IMG/VR virus record: IMGVR_UViG_3300033463_000042
Coordinates: 1-64,000 of that record
DNA length: 64,000 bases
Source of the DNA: a virus
Lineage: Duplodnaviria > Caudoviricetes
Reading direction: 5' to 3' (one strand)
The translations under genes and the position numbers were made by a program. This document shows positions 46,453 through 57,343 of the stretch, one piece after another; within the stretch, counting starts at the first letter, position 1; every line of letters starts with the position of its first letter. The notes under the pieces were generated by a model. The model was not told the origin of the DNA. It saw only the letters and a list, made by a program, of their open reading frames with translations, and did no database searches.

Positions 46453-49400
46453 GTGGCTGACGAGATTATGCTTAATAACTATTCTGATGATAGTCAGATT
46501 AAGAATTACATGCGTTATGTGTTAGCACCTAAAGTATTTCATGATATACCTTTAACGGTTTTGAATACTGGTCTATTCTCTCTGACTACAGAATATATCT
46601 CTCAAATAACTGAGCAGTTATCATTCACATCGTCATTTTATTTTAACGAGTCTTTCATAACGAAAGCGGTATTGCCGGATTCGATATATGCTGAAGCAGC
46701 TATATTCAATATCGGATATTCATTTGCCACACCAGCATCAACCAATTTCCTTCTTGAGTTGAAGATAGAGGATATTTACAAGAATGCTTTGTACAATGCT
46801 GACACGGGATTGTATGAATTCATTCTTGATAAGAATACTAAATTCAACCTGCCCGAAGGATTTACTTATTCTCTTGATTACGATATCTTGATACAGTACA
46901 AAGATCAAGAATCGTCAAGTATAAGTGCTGCTATTCCTGCATGGAATGTTCAGTATACCAACATGGATGAACCCAACGTATGTGCTACAAATAAGAATAC
47001 TTATATCACATATCGTGTTACTGACGTTTGGTTATGTTTACTCATACAAGCAAATGAATATGAGAGACAGACCCATACAGTTGTAAATACCATGACAAAC
47101 GGTGTACCAAATGAGGATAAGGTTATAATGTGTCAGGATCACATTGCTGGTTTTGACGTAACCTATATTGATGGAAAAGGTAATAGACAACCTCTTCCAA
47201 GAAACCACATCCTTCCTATACATGATAAGGTACCTGATGCAAATCCATATGTACATTACATCATGGACAATCCTCGTACAATCAGATTCATGTGGCAGCT
47301 GAATGGTGTTCGTTACTTCATTCCTGAACCAAACTCTTCATTTGAAATAACCATCTATACATGCCATGGTAAATCTGCAAATGCACCTAGTTACCAAGCT
47401 AAGGACGACAAACAGCCATCAGTTATTGCTGCATCAAACAAGTACACCAATAATGCAAATGTTACTAAGGCAGCATTTGTCATCAGTGGATGTATTGGTG
47501 GTACTGATATTGGTTCTGTCGAATCAGTACGTCGTGAGACTATAGAGGCATACAATACAGCTAATGTATTATCAACAGATCATGATATTGATGAATGGTT
47601 CAAGACGTTCTATTTCAAGAATATCCTGTATCCATACTTCTTCAAACGTAGAGATGATCCGTGGTGCAGAACATGGAGTGGTTATCTTGCTCTTACTAGA
47701 AATGACAATTACATCTATAAGACAAATACACTTCATGCAAATATCTCATATGAGGAATTGTATAATAATGCAAATAACACAGTAACCAACAATGAGATCA
47801 TAATTCCTCCAGGATGGTTGTGGATTTATACAGACGACACGACTTATGAAAGAAATCTATATACCGTCGTACCATATACAAAGGCTGATGGTAAGACTAT
47901 TGAATCCGCAAATACATTGGCTACTATCAATGAACCGTTCGTATTTGCAAATCCATTTGGTATTCGTATTCAGAAGGATCCTTTCGCTATAGGATACTTC
48001 AATCCCTGGATTAATCAGTACGTAACTGGTACAAAGATTGTTAAGAACGAACATGTTGATCCGGATGATATCAGGAATGATGACTCTTATACTCGTCATG
48101 CTTCACATATCATTTCAAACATCGTACGCACATACAAGGATGATCACTATCTGCTTTCGACATATGTTCTTCCAACAGTACCGGATAACTCCGCCGTTGG
48201 TAAGAGTATTACATTTGCAAAGAATCTTCGTATCAATGCGATACCACCGCAGTTCACACCTGATATGTGGGATTACTTTGCAAAGGTCCAGGATGAATAT
48301 GCTGAAACTATTCCGATCACAATCTTAACAGAAGATATCGCACGCATCAAGTTTGATCCTGAAAAGACATATTTCTGTGTACAGAAAAAGATCCAAGGTC
48401 CATCAACAGATACTTTGGATAATACTGTCAAGGCAGATCACAGAATTAGACAAGACGACTGGGCTCTTGATAAGATATGGATAGAAGACAACACTGGTTC
48501 AGGAAACAAGATAGTTGATCTTCCTATAACAACAAACGGAGCTGCTCAGTTGTTCGGTACAGACGCAATCTGGGGTGAGAATGGTAAGTGTGAAGGTGTT
48601 GAAGCAACAACTGATGTTAATATCAGCATCACACCATCATTAGACGAATCATCACTCATTTCATTTGAAAGAGTTGAATCTCAGAATTACTACGAGATGC
48701 GTCTCAAAGAATCTGCCGTTAGAGGAGCAATCACAAGAATCGTTGTTTCCGAAGCTACAACTACGGATCTCCATAAATACGGTGAAAATTATCTCGTTAA
48801 GATCGGCAGAACATACCAGTCAACAGTCTTCATCAATGTATACTACAACACAGAAGGCCCTGGCGGTACAGTAGTTGAGAATCAGATCAGTTATGGTATC
48901 ACAAATGCAGCAAATCTGTATATACCTCATTCATTCACACAGGTTGAGAATGGTTACGAATTCGATCTGAATAACGTTGGACCAACAGGAATCATTCTTT
49001 ATGCTGATATGAAACCATCTCCTTCAACTGGTTCATATGCATACTACCGTGTTAAGTTCTCTGATCTTGATGATAAGACACCTATGTTCTACATCTATTC
49101 ATCACAGCTTAAGATGAATGAGAATGAGATGCGCGTTGTCGCTCATACAATGATCAATGGTTCTGAAACGGGTAGAATCGAAATGCAACCAGTACAGCGT
49201 GAATCAGATGGATCATATCTGTTTGAAGCATCTATGTATCCATTGAATGAATTAATCGATATTGATAACAGAGTCAATATTGCATCGGTCAACAATGGTG
49301 GTGGTAACTGGAAACCTGCGACTGAATTTGGTACAGTATCACTTGATGCAACCAATCCCCAGATCAAGATAACAGTTCTTATGAAATCTTCATTTGAAGA

Positions 49401-50610
49401 TAGACCATCAGAGATTGTTGAAGGCGATGACTTCACAGGATACAGAATCGTGGATGAATACATGCTCGATAACCTTGATCTCATACAAGAACTCAAAGAA
49501 ATGAGAAGTGTTGTTGAGTTTGGTGATACTACCACACCTACAGCAGACCAGATGTCTCTCTATCAGGATATGATGGCTCTTTCAAAAGAAAATACAAAGG
49601 AACCTCTGAATATTTTCTATATGACAGAATATGCATATTCAAGAAAGACTGAGATAAAGGATTATGACATTAGAGAATTCGACACATTTAGAAATGCTGC
49701 TGCAGAGAATGCTGCAAAACTCAGAGACCTGTTCGAGAGATATGATGCATGTATGAATGATGGAGTTAAATACAAATTCCCTCGTCCTGATTGGTTTGCT
49801 TCAATACTCACAATGTTAGATAACATTGCTGCAAGACCTAAAGAGAATGATTTCAGCTTAACAGAATGGGTAGAAATTTATACAACACTCAATTCATATC
49901 CAACATTGGTAAACTTGACATTTGATGAGAGAACTGTCAACGTACATGGTGGAGTTACAATTCATCTTGTACCATTTGTTGAATACACACTCATGGAAGA
50001 TGACAAGTTTGTTGATTTCGTTACATCATTTACTCAGGTACACAAAGCAATTGAGCCTGTTATATTCAAGAGACTTGATGGAAATCATTATCTTGATTGC
50101 AAGCTCATTGGTACATACGGTAAGTCTCGCACATATGTATCTGATACAGATTCCGAAAAGTTCTGGCCTGATCTCAATCTTCAATTGGAGTTTGATGTAA
50201 AGCTCTTCAACAAGAGTCTTGCAACAAATACAATTGATGAATTGCGTCTGATTGTTAAATCATACTTTAACAGAATCACGACAGTTCATTCTCCCAATAG
50301 AGATACGAACATGGACAACAACATTTATGTTTCACATCTTATTCAACAGATGGAAGCTCATGATAATGTTGCATGGATGAAGTTCAAAGGATGGTATACA
50401 AATCAGAAGGGTAAATCGTATTCTAACTACAAGGATGCTAATACCCAGGCAATCGAGCTTAAGTGGAATCAGCTTGAAGATATGGATAAGTATGTATTAC
50501 TTCCAGATGATCCTGACAATCCGCTTAACTACAAATACTCTCGTCTCGAGAATTATACACCAGAAATGTTTATCCTTGAGGATGACAATATCAAAATCAA
50601 TATTGTATAA
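46453..50610 (+). CDS. Large baseplate wedge protein (gp6/baseplate-J-like)
   Basis: NESFITKAVLPDSIYAEAAIFNIGYSFATPA and YTCHGKSAN...GGTDIGSVESVRR resemble T4 gp6-type wedge motifs. GTG start after AGGAGG. Confidence 0.7.
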   Translation: MADEIMLNNYSDDSQIKNYMRYVLAPKVFHDIPLTVLNTGLFSLTTEYISQITEQLSFTSSFYFNESFITKAVLPDSIYAEAAIFNIGYSFATPASTNFLLELKIEDIYKNALYNADTGLYEFILDKNTKFNLPEGFTYSLDYDILIQYKDQESSSISAAIPAWNVQYTNMDEPNVCATNKNTYITYRVTDVWLCLLIQANEYERQTHTVVNTMTNGVPNEDKVIMCQDHIAGFDVTYIDGKGNRQPLPRNHILPIHDKVPDANPYVHYIMDNPRTIRFMWQLNGVRYFIPEPNSSFEITIYTCHGKSANAPSYQAKDDKQPSVIAASNKYTNNANVTKAAFVISGCIGGTDIGSVESVRRETIEAYNTANVLSTDHDIDEWFKTFYFKNILYPYFFKRRDDPWCRTWSGYLALTRNDNYIYKTNTLHANISYEELYNNANNTVTNNEIIIPPGWLWIYTDDTTYERNLYTVVPYTKADGKTIESANTLATINEPFVFANPFGIRIQKDPFAIGYFNPWINQYVTGTKIVKNEHVDPDDIRNDDSYTRHASHIISNIVRTYKDDHYLLSTYVLPTVPDNSAVGKSITFAKNLRINAIPPQFTPDMWDYFAKVQDEYAETIPITILTEDIARIKFDPEKTYFCVQKKIQGPSTDTLDNTVKADHRIRQDDWALDKIWIEDNTGSGNKIVDLPITTNGAAQLFGTDAIWGENGKCEGVEATTDVNISITPSLDESSLISFERVESQNYYEMRLKESAVRGAITRIVVSEATTTDLHKYGENYLVKIGRTYQSTVFINVYYNTEGPGGTVVENQISYGITNAANLYIPHSFTQVENGYEFDLNNVGPTGIILYADMKPSPSTGSYAYYRVKFSDLDDKTPMFYIYSSQLKMNENEMRVVAHTMINGSETGRIEMQPVQRESDGSYLFEASMYPLNELIDIDNRVNIASVNNGGGNWKPATEFGTVSLDATNPQIKITVLMKSSFEDRPSEIVEGDDFTGYRIVDEYMLDNLDLIQELKEMRSVVEFGDTTTPTADQMSLYQDMMALSKENTKEPLNIFYMTEYAYSRKTEIKDYDIREFDTFRNAAAENAAKLRDLFERYDACMNDGVKYKFPRPDWFASILTMLDNIAARPKENDFSLTEWVEIYTTLNSYPTLVNLTFDERTVNVHGGVTIHLVPFVEYTLMEDDKFVDFVTSFTQVHKAIEPVIFKRLDGNHYLDCKLIGTYGKSRTYVSDTDSEKFWPDLNLQLEFDVKLFNKSLATNTIDELRLIVKSYFNRITTVHSPNRDTNMDNNIYVSHLIQQMEAHDNVAWMKFKGWYTNQKGKSYSNYKDANTQAIELKWNQLEDMDKYVLLPDDPDNPLNYKYSRLENYTPEMFILEDDNIKINIV

Positions 50611-50611
50611 A

Positions 50612-50645
50612 TATATGGGGGCATTATGCCCCCATATAATTTTAT
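50612..50645. terminator. Bidirectional terminator between convergent genes
   Basis: TATATGGGGGCA-TTA-TGCCCCCATATA with AT-rich flanks. Confidence 0.8.
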
Positions 50646-53600
50646 TATTCTCCTACAGGCATATCTGATGGATCCCAAATATCAGCATTATTAATCAATT
50701 TGAATGTGAAATTCTGGATTCCATAAATACGCTTTGGATTGTTGTATGACTGAATGGTATATGTCGTACCAGTCATCTTATGTGGTAACAGTCGCTTTGG
50801 ATCGACGAATCTGTGATAGTTTCTGGTATACATATAATATTTCCATCCACCAACATTGGATTGGCTATACGTATTGTCATATTCAGAAATAAGTATACGT
50901 CCTTTATACATTCCAAAATATCTCCATCTATTGTCATAGCTATAACTTGATGCACGATTAATAAGTGCAGGGATTGATGTTGGATTTGAATTTATTCTAC
51001 CCGGACCTGAACGCATATCACGAATAAGATTTGCGTCAAATACCCATGTTTTGTACTGATAAAAATACGTGTTATTACCATCATACCATGAATAATCATT
51101 TATATGACATACCAGGAGTCTATGTTTTCCATCGGGTGTTTTAAATACATCAAATGCAGATATATCATCAACGAGTAATGAACGGTTGAATTTTCCGGTT
51201 ATTCCAACATTATTGAATCCAAATGGTTCAAGAGGACGCTCACGGCTAATACTGTACATCAATACATTAGTATCATCATTGACATTATTTCTTCCGAAGA
51301 ATATGGCTTCTTCATCACCTTGAAGTGTGCCCATATGCATTCTATGCCAACAATGTCTATTCCAGTTCCAATGATGAACACCTGGAACGAAACATCTACA
51401 TACTTCAGAACTCCATTCAGGATCAATTATTCTATTACCTGCTGAACGCGTTCCATCATATATACGGCATTTCCATACGGTGTTGCTGTCCCATGATGAG
51501 TCATTTGCACGACCAAACATATAGAAATAATCATACCATCCAGCACCCCAAACGAAAGTTCCACCCCATGCAGTTCTTTCAATTGTAAACGTATCAACAA
51601 TCGTATTTGTTGACAGATCTATTATCATCCATCCGATTAATACATCGGTATCCTGACGAGGATCTCTACATACAACATTATTAGTATATTTCATTGCATA
51701 GCAGGTCGACACAGGAACCTCTTCATCGGTATCAGGATACTTCAGAATGAATTTATATGGTTCGTAGTTCGAAGCAGCGTCACCTATTATGTTAACAATA
51801 TGGACCCTGGTATCATTTGAATTACCAAATACAACATAACCTGTTTCAGTTGATGAGATAGGTATACATCCACCACTGTCATATGTATATGTATTAAGGA
51901 ATGTATCACCCATATTGATCACGTATTCATCTGGAGCAACCTTAGAAGGATCCTGAGCAACCTCTGTGGCAGAATGAATTTCAAATACAGAAACTTTCCG
52001 CAAACATACTGATGGATATGCATTGATGGCATTTGATTGGAATATCTGTAAAATACGATGACCTGATGGTTCTTTGAAACGTAATGTTCCATATGGTGAA
52101 CACATACCACCAACAGGTTCAGACGTTTGAATGAGCCATGACTGTCCAGGAGAAGATAGATCTGAATCATCGGGATAATACAGATGATATCTCATCCATA
52201 TATAACCCATATTATCATCTGATAAAATTCGTGTATGTCCATATCCATAGTTGGAACATACATATGGGTATCCATTATACTCCGCATATCCATTTCTACC
52301 ATTATTGAAAGTATCTATACTATCAACACGGATAGTTTCTTCGGATACAAGTGTTGGCTTTGTATAACCAGTTCTTGTTACGTCAACTGGTCTTGTATTT
52401 GTATTAGGTCCACCATTACCAGTTATTTCTCCACCAAATCCCATAAAGTACCTCTTGGCACCTTGAGACGCTGGAATATTATTTGGATCTTCAACACGTT
52501 CCCATGAATATGGGTTCCAATACTGATCAGAACACCATATATTCGTGGATGAAATACTTGTTGTAGAGATTTTAGATATAGGAAAGCTTGTGTACATGTT
52601 TGGATATACACGAACAAACTGTCTACCCCATCTAACAACATTGGTGTCAAGATACTGACAGTTCATATACATTCCACAGATAGGATATAACTGATTCATT
52701 GTCAGATTTGTTGTGTTTGTACCATTAAGAACAACTTCGTCAACATCCCATTCTTTTGTTAAACCATTATAAGATTTAACCGATGAAACGTTCATATTTG
52801 TTACCGGCAATAAACCGCGCGTGTCATATGCAGCATTTTGGTAATGGCCAAAGTTTGCAGAAAGATCGTCATTGTTTATTGTACCAGTGTAAGCATAGTT
52901 GGTCACAATCTCTTCAGGTTCTGGCAACCTCATTTCCTTTATGACTCCTATCTGTGGAGCATATCTGCAATCAGATGAAGAAGGCGTACCATATGAGTTA
53001 AATCCTGTCATATAGAGAAGATCGTAAAAATAACCTTTATTCTCTATCAGTGAATTTGTACCGGAATGACTCCATGAACGAGTACCTATCTGGGTTTCAG
53101 AATCTGAACTATCAACATCACCGATGTACGCATACGTACTACAAATTGAACCAGAGCGATATGAACTATTGCTTTCATAGTTCCGGTAATTAGTATCACG
53201 GTTCCAACGAGGTGATGATATGATTCCGTGTGTGAAATAGTTAATATTACCATTATAATGGGAATTCCAGTTGTATGCAGAACCTTGATATCCAAATGCA
53301 TAATATGCCCAAGGATTGTACACAAATCCAACACCCTGATTCCAAAGTTTGTCTTCAATGTAACCAGGTTTGTGATAGACTGTTATGTATGCATCAATGG
53401 TCAACTTTTCATTTACATGTTTAACGAAAGACGTGTATTGTCCTTCGCTGTCCATTACATATGCATGTGTCGCAAGTTCTGTATTGCTATTATATGACGA
53501 AAGACCTACTTCGGTTACGGTTAAATCCGAACTAATACCAGATAAAACATAATCAAAATAACCAGTATAGACCCAAGACTGCCCTCTGAGCAGACCTGTA

Positions 53601-53998
53601 TCTTGGTCATAATAAAGCGTACCTCCCTCAATACGTGTCTGATCAGTAGAAGTGCCCGTTGCTGATGCAGTATATGTTTGATGGAACATCGATGAACGTG
53701 TGGTTGGGAAATCACCATATTCATCATGAGTACCATCACCAATGTAAAGATATCTTATGTAATAATCACTGTATGGTCTACCGCTACTTGGACCAAAGTA
53801 AGATCTAAAGTAACGCCATGTTGTTACATTCAAAGCAAAAGCTTCACCGGTAATATTTCCATCACGATCTTCGGTACGCAGTAAATATATACTATGACCA
53901 TTCAGGAGATCAGTATTGCCATGCTTTTCTTTCCAGTTATCAACAAAGGCATTTATCTTTGCCAATTTTTCGGCATGTTCTTTACTTAAATTATTCAT
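50645..53998 (-). CDS. Putative receptor-binding/tail protein (paralogue A)
   Basis: 1117 aa, Y/W/N/G-rich beta-type sequence; N- and C-termini homologous to 54554-57343. Confidence 0.6.
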   Translation of the reverse strand: MNNLSKEHAEKLAKINAFVDNWKEKHGNTDLLNGHSIYLLRTEDRDGNITGEAFALNVTTWRYFRSYFGPSSGRPYSDYYIRYLYIGDGTHDEYGDFPTTRSSMFHQTYTASATGTSTDQTRIEGGTLYYDQDTGLLRGQSWVYTGYFDYVLSGISSDLTVTEVGLSSYNSNTELATHAYVMDSEGQYTSFVKHVNEKLTIDAYITVYHKPGYIEDKLWNQGVGFVYNPWAYYAFGYQGSAYNWNSHYNGNINYFTHGIISSPRWNRDTNYRNYESNSSYRSGSICSTYAYIGDVDSSDSETQIGTRSWSHSGTNSLIENKGYFYDLLYMTGFNSYGTPSSSDCRYAPQIGVIKEMRLPEPEEIVTNYAYTGTINNDDLSANFGHYQNAAYDTRGLLPVTNMNVSSVKSYNGLTKEWDVDEVVLNGTNTTNLTMNQLYPICGMYMNCQYLDTNVVRWGRQFVRVYPNMYTSFPISKISTTSISSTNIWCSDQYWNPYSWERVEDPNNIPASQGAKRYFMGFGGEITGNGGPNTNTRPVDVTRTGYTKPTLVSEETIRVDSIDTFNNGRNGYAEYNGYPYVCSNYGYGHTRILSDDNMGYIWMRYHLYYPDDSDLSSPGQSWLIQTSEPVGGMCSPYGTLRFKEPSGHRILQIFQSNAINAYPSVCLRKVSVFEIHSATEVAQDPSKVAPDEYVINMGDTFLNTYTYDSGGCIPISSTETGYVVFGNSNDTRVHIVNIIGDAASNYEPYKFILKYPDTDEEVPVSTCYAMKYTNNVVCRDPRQDTDVLIGWMIIDLSTNTIVDTFTIERTAWGGTFVWGAGWYDYFYMFGRANDSSWDSNTVWKCRIYDGTRSAGNRIIDPEWSSEVCRCFVPGVHHWNWNRHCWHRMHMGTLQGDEEAIFFGRNNVNDDTNVLMYSISRERPLEPFGFNNVGITGKFNRSLLVDDISAFDVFKTPDGKHRLLVCHINDYSWYDGNNTYFYQYKTWVFDANLIRDMRSGPGRINSNPTSIPALINRASSYSYDNRWRYFGMYKGRILISEYDNTYSQSNVGGWKYYMYTRNYHRFVDPKRLLPHKMTGTTYTIQSYNNPKRIYGIQNFTFKLINNADIWDPSDMPVGE

Positions 53999-54012
53999 TA
54001 TATCCCTCCTTA

Positions 54013-54549
54013 TTATGACTCATTCGTTATGGTTGGATGAGTTGAGCTCAACAATACCATGCGTATTATAGGTTCTGGTTGTGAGCTCTTTTCATCAGTT
54101 TTCTTTTCTACAATATTGATCGACGGATCAATACTAACATCCAACAGATGATGTGATGTTTTTGCACTGATACTTTTGTATGTAGTTGTATAATAATCAA
54201 CTCTGAATGATGGATCAATATCAACATCATACAGATGATGAGATGCTTTAGCGTAAGCATTAGGAGCTTTAGCTGTTGAGTAATAATCTATTCTGAATGT
54301 TGGATCAAGTGAAACATCATACAGATGATGAGATGCTTTAGAATTTGAGGTTCTCTTTGTTTCGATATAATCCTCAATTAACGGATGAGCAGTGGTTAAT
54401 GATAATAAATGTATGATGGGATTTGTATATAACGGAGGTTTATATTCACCTGTAACGTACATGCCACGAATGGGTACAACTTTCGCTGTACCCTGATCGT
54501 CTCTGAATCTATAATAGACTTCTTTAGCGTAAGATATAACATCACTCAT
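54013..54549 (-). CDS. Tail-associated protein with three tandem repeats
   Basis: Start MSDVIS; repeats K(A/T)SHHL(Y/L)DVx(L/I)DP. Confidence 0.6.
   Translation of the reverse strand: MSDVISYAKEVYYRFRDDQGTAKVVPIRGMYVTGEYKPPLYTNPIIHLLSLTTAHPLIEDYIETKRTSNSKASHHLYDVSLDPTFRIDYYSTAKAPNAYAKASHHLYDVDIDPSFRVDYYTTTYKSISAKTSHHLLDVSIDPSINIVEKKTDEKSSQPEPIIRMVLLSSTHPTITNES
54115..54340 (-). repeat. Three intragenic tandem repeats (~28-31 aa period)
   Basis: KASHHLYDVSLDPTFRIDYY / KASHHLYDVDIDPSFRVDYY / KTSHHLLDVSIDPSINI. DNA ACATCATACAGATGATGAGATGCTTTAG occurs twice exactly. Confidence 0.85.
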
Positions 54550-54553
54550 GTCA

Positions 54554-57343
54554 TCATCCCCACTCCAGTATTTTACCATCACCATCAGTCAATGTTGGTG
54601 CTGGAGATCCTGGTGGTTTACCGGATCCATTTATTTCATAGCCCCACAATGGCATGTTGGTATATCCAAGTGTAAATGCTTTACCAGATATACGTTTAGT
54701 ATGATTAAATGCCGTTATGGTTCTGGTTTCACCAGTCACTTTCAATTGCAGCATATTTGTTACTGGGAACAAATAGTATGTGTCATACATTACAGATTGA
54801 CCATACAGATATGCACCATTGAAACCATTTGAAGGTGTGTACCATCTATTGTAGTAAACCCATACCTCACCTGCCGCAATGTATCTACCAAGATCACATA
54901 TATGAAGTTTGGTACCACGTGATCTTAATGGTGACATGTTATCATCACCAATCTGTATGTCGGCAATAAGTGTATGCCCATTGACATACCTCAGTTGACA
55001 TATGCAGTGATTGATTGTTGAACCGAACAAGCTATCCGAGTTACCAAATGCGGACATGTTTCGTATCACGGTAGGATTGTCATGTACGATGTAATATACA
55101 TCTGACAGAGTCACATTTGATGTACGTGTGTCATATATCATAGTCACATCATCAACATACTCGAAGTTTAAACGATATGAATTTACACGTGATGCAAAAT
55201 TGATATTGTTACATAATTCAGGAGTTCTTGTTGATGACGACAAATCGATGTGATATGTGTCTGTACCATCATACATCCATAAATGTGAGTTGTTGCCAAA
55301 CATTGCATTTGGAATATTTGCTAATGGTGACTGAATAACAGCCGTATCAGCAGACAATGCCAAATCAAATATGTGAATATATGTTGGGTCACTGACTGGA
55401 ATATATGCAACAAGATTCGTTCCATGAATACAACAAGAACTCTTCCACTGATACAATGTTGATGTTATAGTGCTTCCTCTGAGATTGAGGATAATAGCTT
55501 CATCTGTTGATAATGCTTGAACACAAACATATCCTGTTCCAGTATCAGTTCTATAGACGCCAGAATATGTATTGACTGTTGATGTGAACTCTAAAGTTCT
55601 AACGCCATTAACAGCAGATGTATCTGGTTCGGGATCATTCAATGTTGATACATCTATCGCATGTATTTGGTTACTACCAATATTGCGGAATGACAATAAC
55701 CATCTTCCATACCCCATATGATACATTTCATATGCTGAGTTTGTTCCTTCACTGGTTGTGAATGTGTAAGATCTCAAACGATTGATTGCACATATTCTAC
55801 CACCGATGACCAAACAGTTTTGATCCGACATATCAAGATATGGTTTACATCCTTCATGAAGTGCATTAAATGCGGACTGCTGGTAGTTGTGATATCCGTT
55901 TGTTCCACCGACCGATTCTAACAATTCAAATGTTTGAATTTGTCTTGTTGGAACAATACCAAGTGAATTAGAATCTGATATCCAGTAGCGTGCTGTTCTG
56001 GCAGCCACGGGAAGATTGTCAAAGTCGGTAATGTTAATCCATGATGACTGATCCCAATACTTATCACAAGCATACATCTGGTTGTGTCCATGGTTGATAC
56101 TTAAGATAGGATTATTTGTATACAGATTCTGATACAGATAACCTGTCTGAATTCTACCATTACTGAAGTAATAGATTGGCAAACAGTAATTCGTCTCCAA
56201 TCCAGGATTCGAATATTGAGCATTATTGTCATTTACAAATGGGCATGGATTATCCCACTGACCAGTATGACGATTGAATGTATATACAGAAACATTCATC
56301 ATTGTTGTAAATGGTGGGTACACATTTTTGTTATATGTATCATCAGTAATGTTTTTACCTATCTTATCTACAAATCCTGTGGGCTTTGTAAAATCACCAG
56401 AAGTGAAACCTGTAAGATTGAATGTCTCAGGAGTCATGTACTCTGGTGATATGATAATGAGACCACTAGCCTTAGAAACGAATCCGTCTATATAGGCAGA
56501 GTCGGAACCTTTCTGACTCCATAATGTGAATCCAGGAACAACGGTAGTATTACGAATGATAGAGTCTATTCCTGCAGACTCATCTTCAGGATGAATTGTA
56601 TCATCCTGAGTCTGAGTTCTACCAGATGTTCTATCATACAGAACATTTCCCTTTTTATATGTATACAGATTAGATTCGAACATACGTTGGAACATAACTG
56701 CATTTGTTGTTATCGCCATATGAATATCATTAGCCCAATTGCCCATGATAACATGTTCATACAATGACAGACACATATAAATGTATATTGTCAGTTTATA
56801 GTTTGACTTCTTTGTTATACTAGCTTTCTCGCCTCTATCATTATAAATGTGAGAATGTGTCCATAATGCATTGTATGCTGTGCCTATACCGTATTCGGTA
56901 ACGAGTGTATCAGTATCATAGTTTGAAATATTATAATCATAATACACAATACCGAATCTGGATATAAGTGTGATTATACCTGTATCAGATTCCTGTCCTC
57001 TAGAAAACATTATCGGATAAGCATAATCTTTACCTGTGTTGGAGTTGGTGGCTGCGAGGCCACCAAACAACGGTGTTTCTATGAATGCTGTCGTTTTATC
57101 AAAATTAGAAACACCACTTCCAACATATAACTTTACTGAATCACTGAGAGCGAAACTGTTTGTATTCTTAAATACAGCATTGAATCCATTATTAGTCAAC
57201 AGATTCATTCCATACTTAACATCTACAACATTTCCGTCTCTGTCAGATAATTCAAATAAATAAACACTGGAGGTACCAGTTCTTTTGTCTTTCATATTAT
57301 TGACAAAATTTTGGATTAGTTCAAATTGTTTGTCCTTATCCAT
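54554..57343 (-). CDS. Putative receptor-binding/tail protein (paralogue B)
   Basis: Start MDKDKQ; SVYLFELSDRDGNVV...KVTGETRTITAFNHTKRISG homologous to 50645-53998. Confidence 0.6.
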   Translation of the reverse strand: MDKDKQFELIQNFVNNMKDKRTGTSSVYLFELSDRDGNVVDVKYGMNLLTNNGFNAVFKNTNSFALSDSVKLYVGSGVSNFDKTTAFIETPLFGGLAATNSNTGKDYAYPIMFSRGQESDTGIITLISRFGIVYYDYNISNYDTDTLVTEYGIGTAYNALWTHSHIYNDRGEKASITKKSNYKLTIYIYMCLSLYEHVIMGNWANDIHMAITTNAVMFQRMFESNLYTYKKGNVLYDRTSGRTQTQDDTIHPEDESAGIDSIIRNTTVVPGFTLWSQKGSDSAYIDGFVSKASGLIIISPEYMTPETFNLTGFTSGDFTKPTGFVDKIGKNITDDTYNKNVYPPFTTMMNVSVYTFNRHTGQWDNPCPFVNDNNAQYSNPGLETNYCLPIYYFSNGRIQTGYLYQNLYTNNPILSINHGHNQMYACDKYWDQSSWINITDFDNLPVAARTARYWISDSNSLGIVPTRQIQTFELLESVGGTNGYHNYQQSAFNALHEGCKPYLDMSDQNCLVIGGRICAINRLRSYTFTTSEGTNSAYEMYHMGYGRWLLSFRNIGSNQIHAIDVSTLNDPEPDTSAVNGVRTLEFTSTVNTYSGVYRTDTGTGYVCVQALSTDEAIILNLRGSTITSTLYQWKSSCCIHGTNLVAYIPVSDPTYIHIFDLALSADTAVIQSPLANIPNAMFGNNSHLWMYDGTDTYHIDLSSSTRTPELCNNINFASRVNSYRLNFEYVDDVTMIYDTRTSNVTLSDVYYIVHDNPTVIRNMSAFGNSDSLFGSTINHCICQLRYVNGHTLIADIQIGDDNMSPLRSRGTKLHICDLGRYIAAGEVWVYYNRWYTPSNGFNGAYLYGQSVMYDTYYLFPVTNMLQLKVTGETRTITAFNHTKRISGKAFTLGYTNMPLWGYEINGSGKPPGSPAPTLTDGDGKILEWG

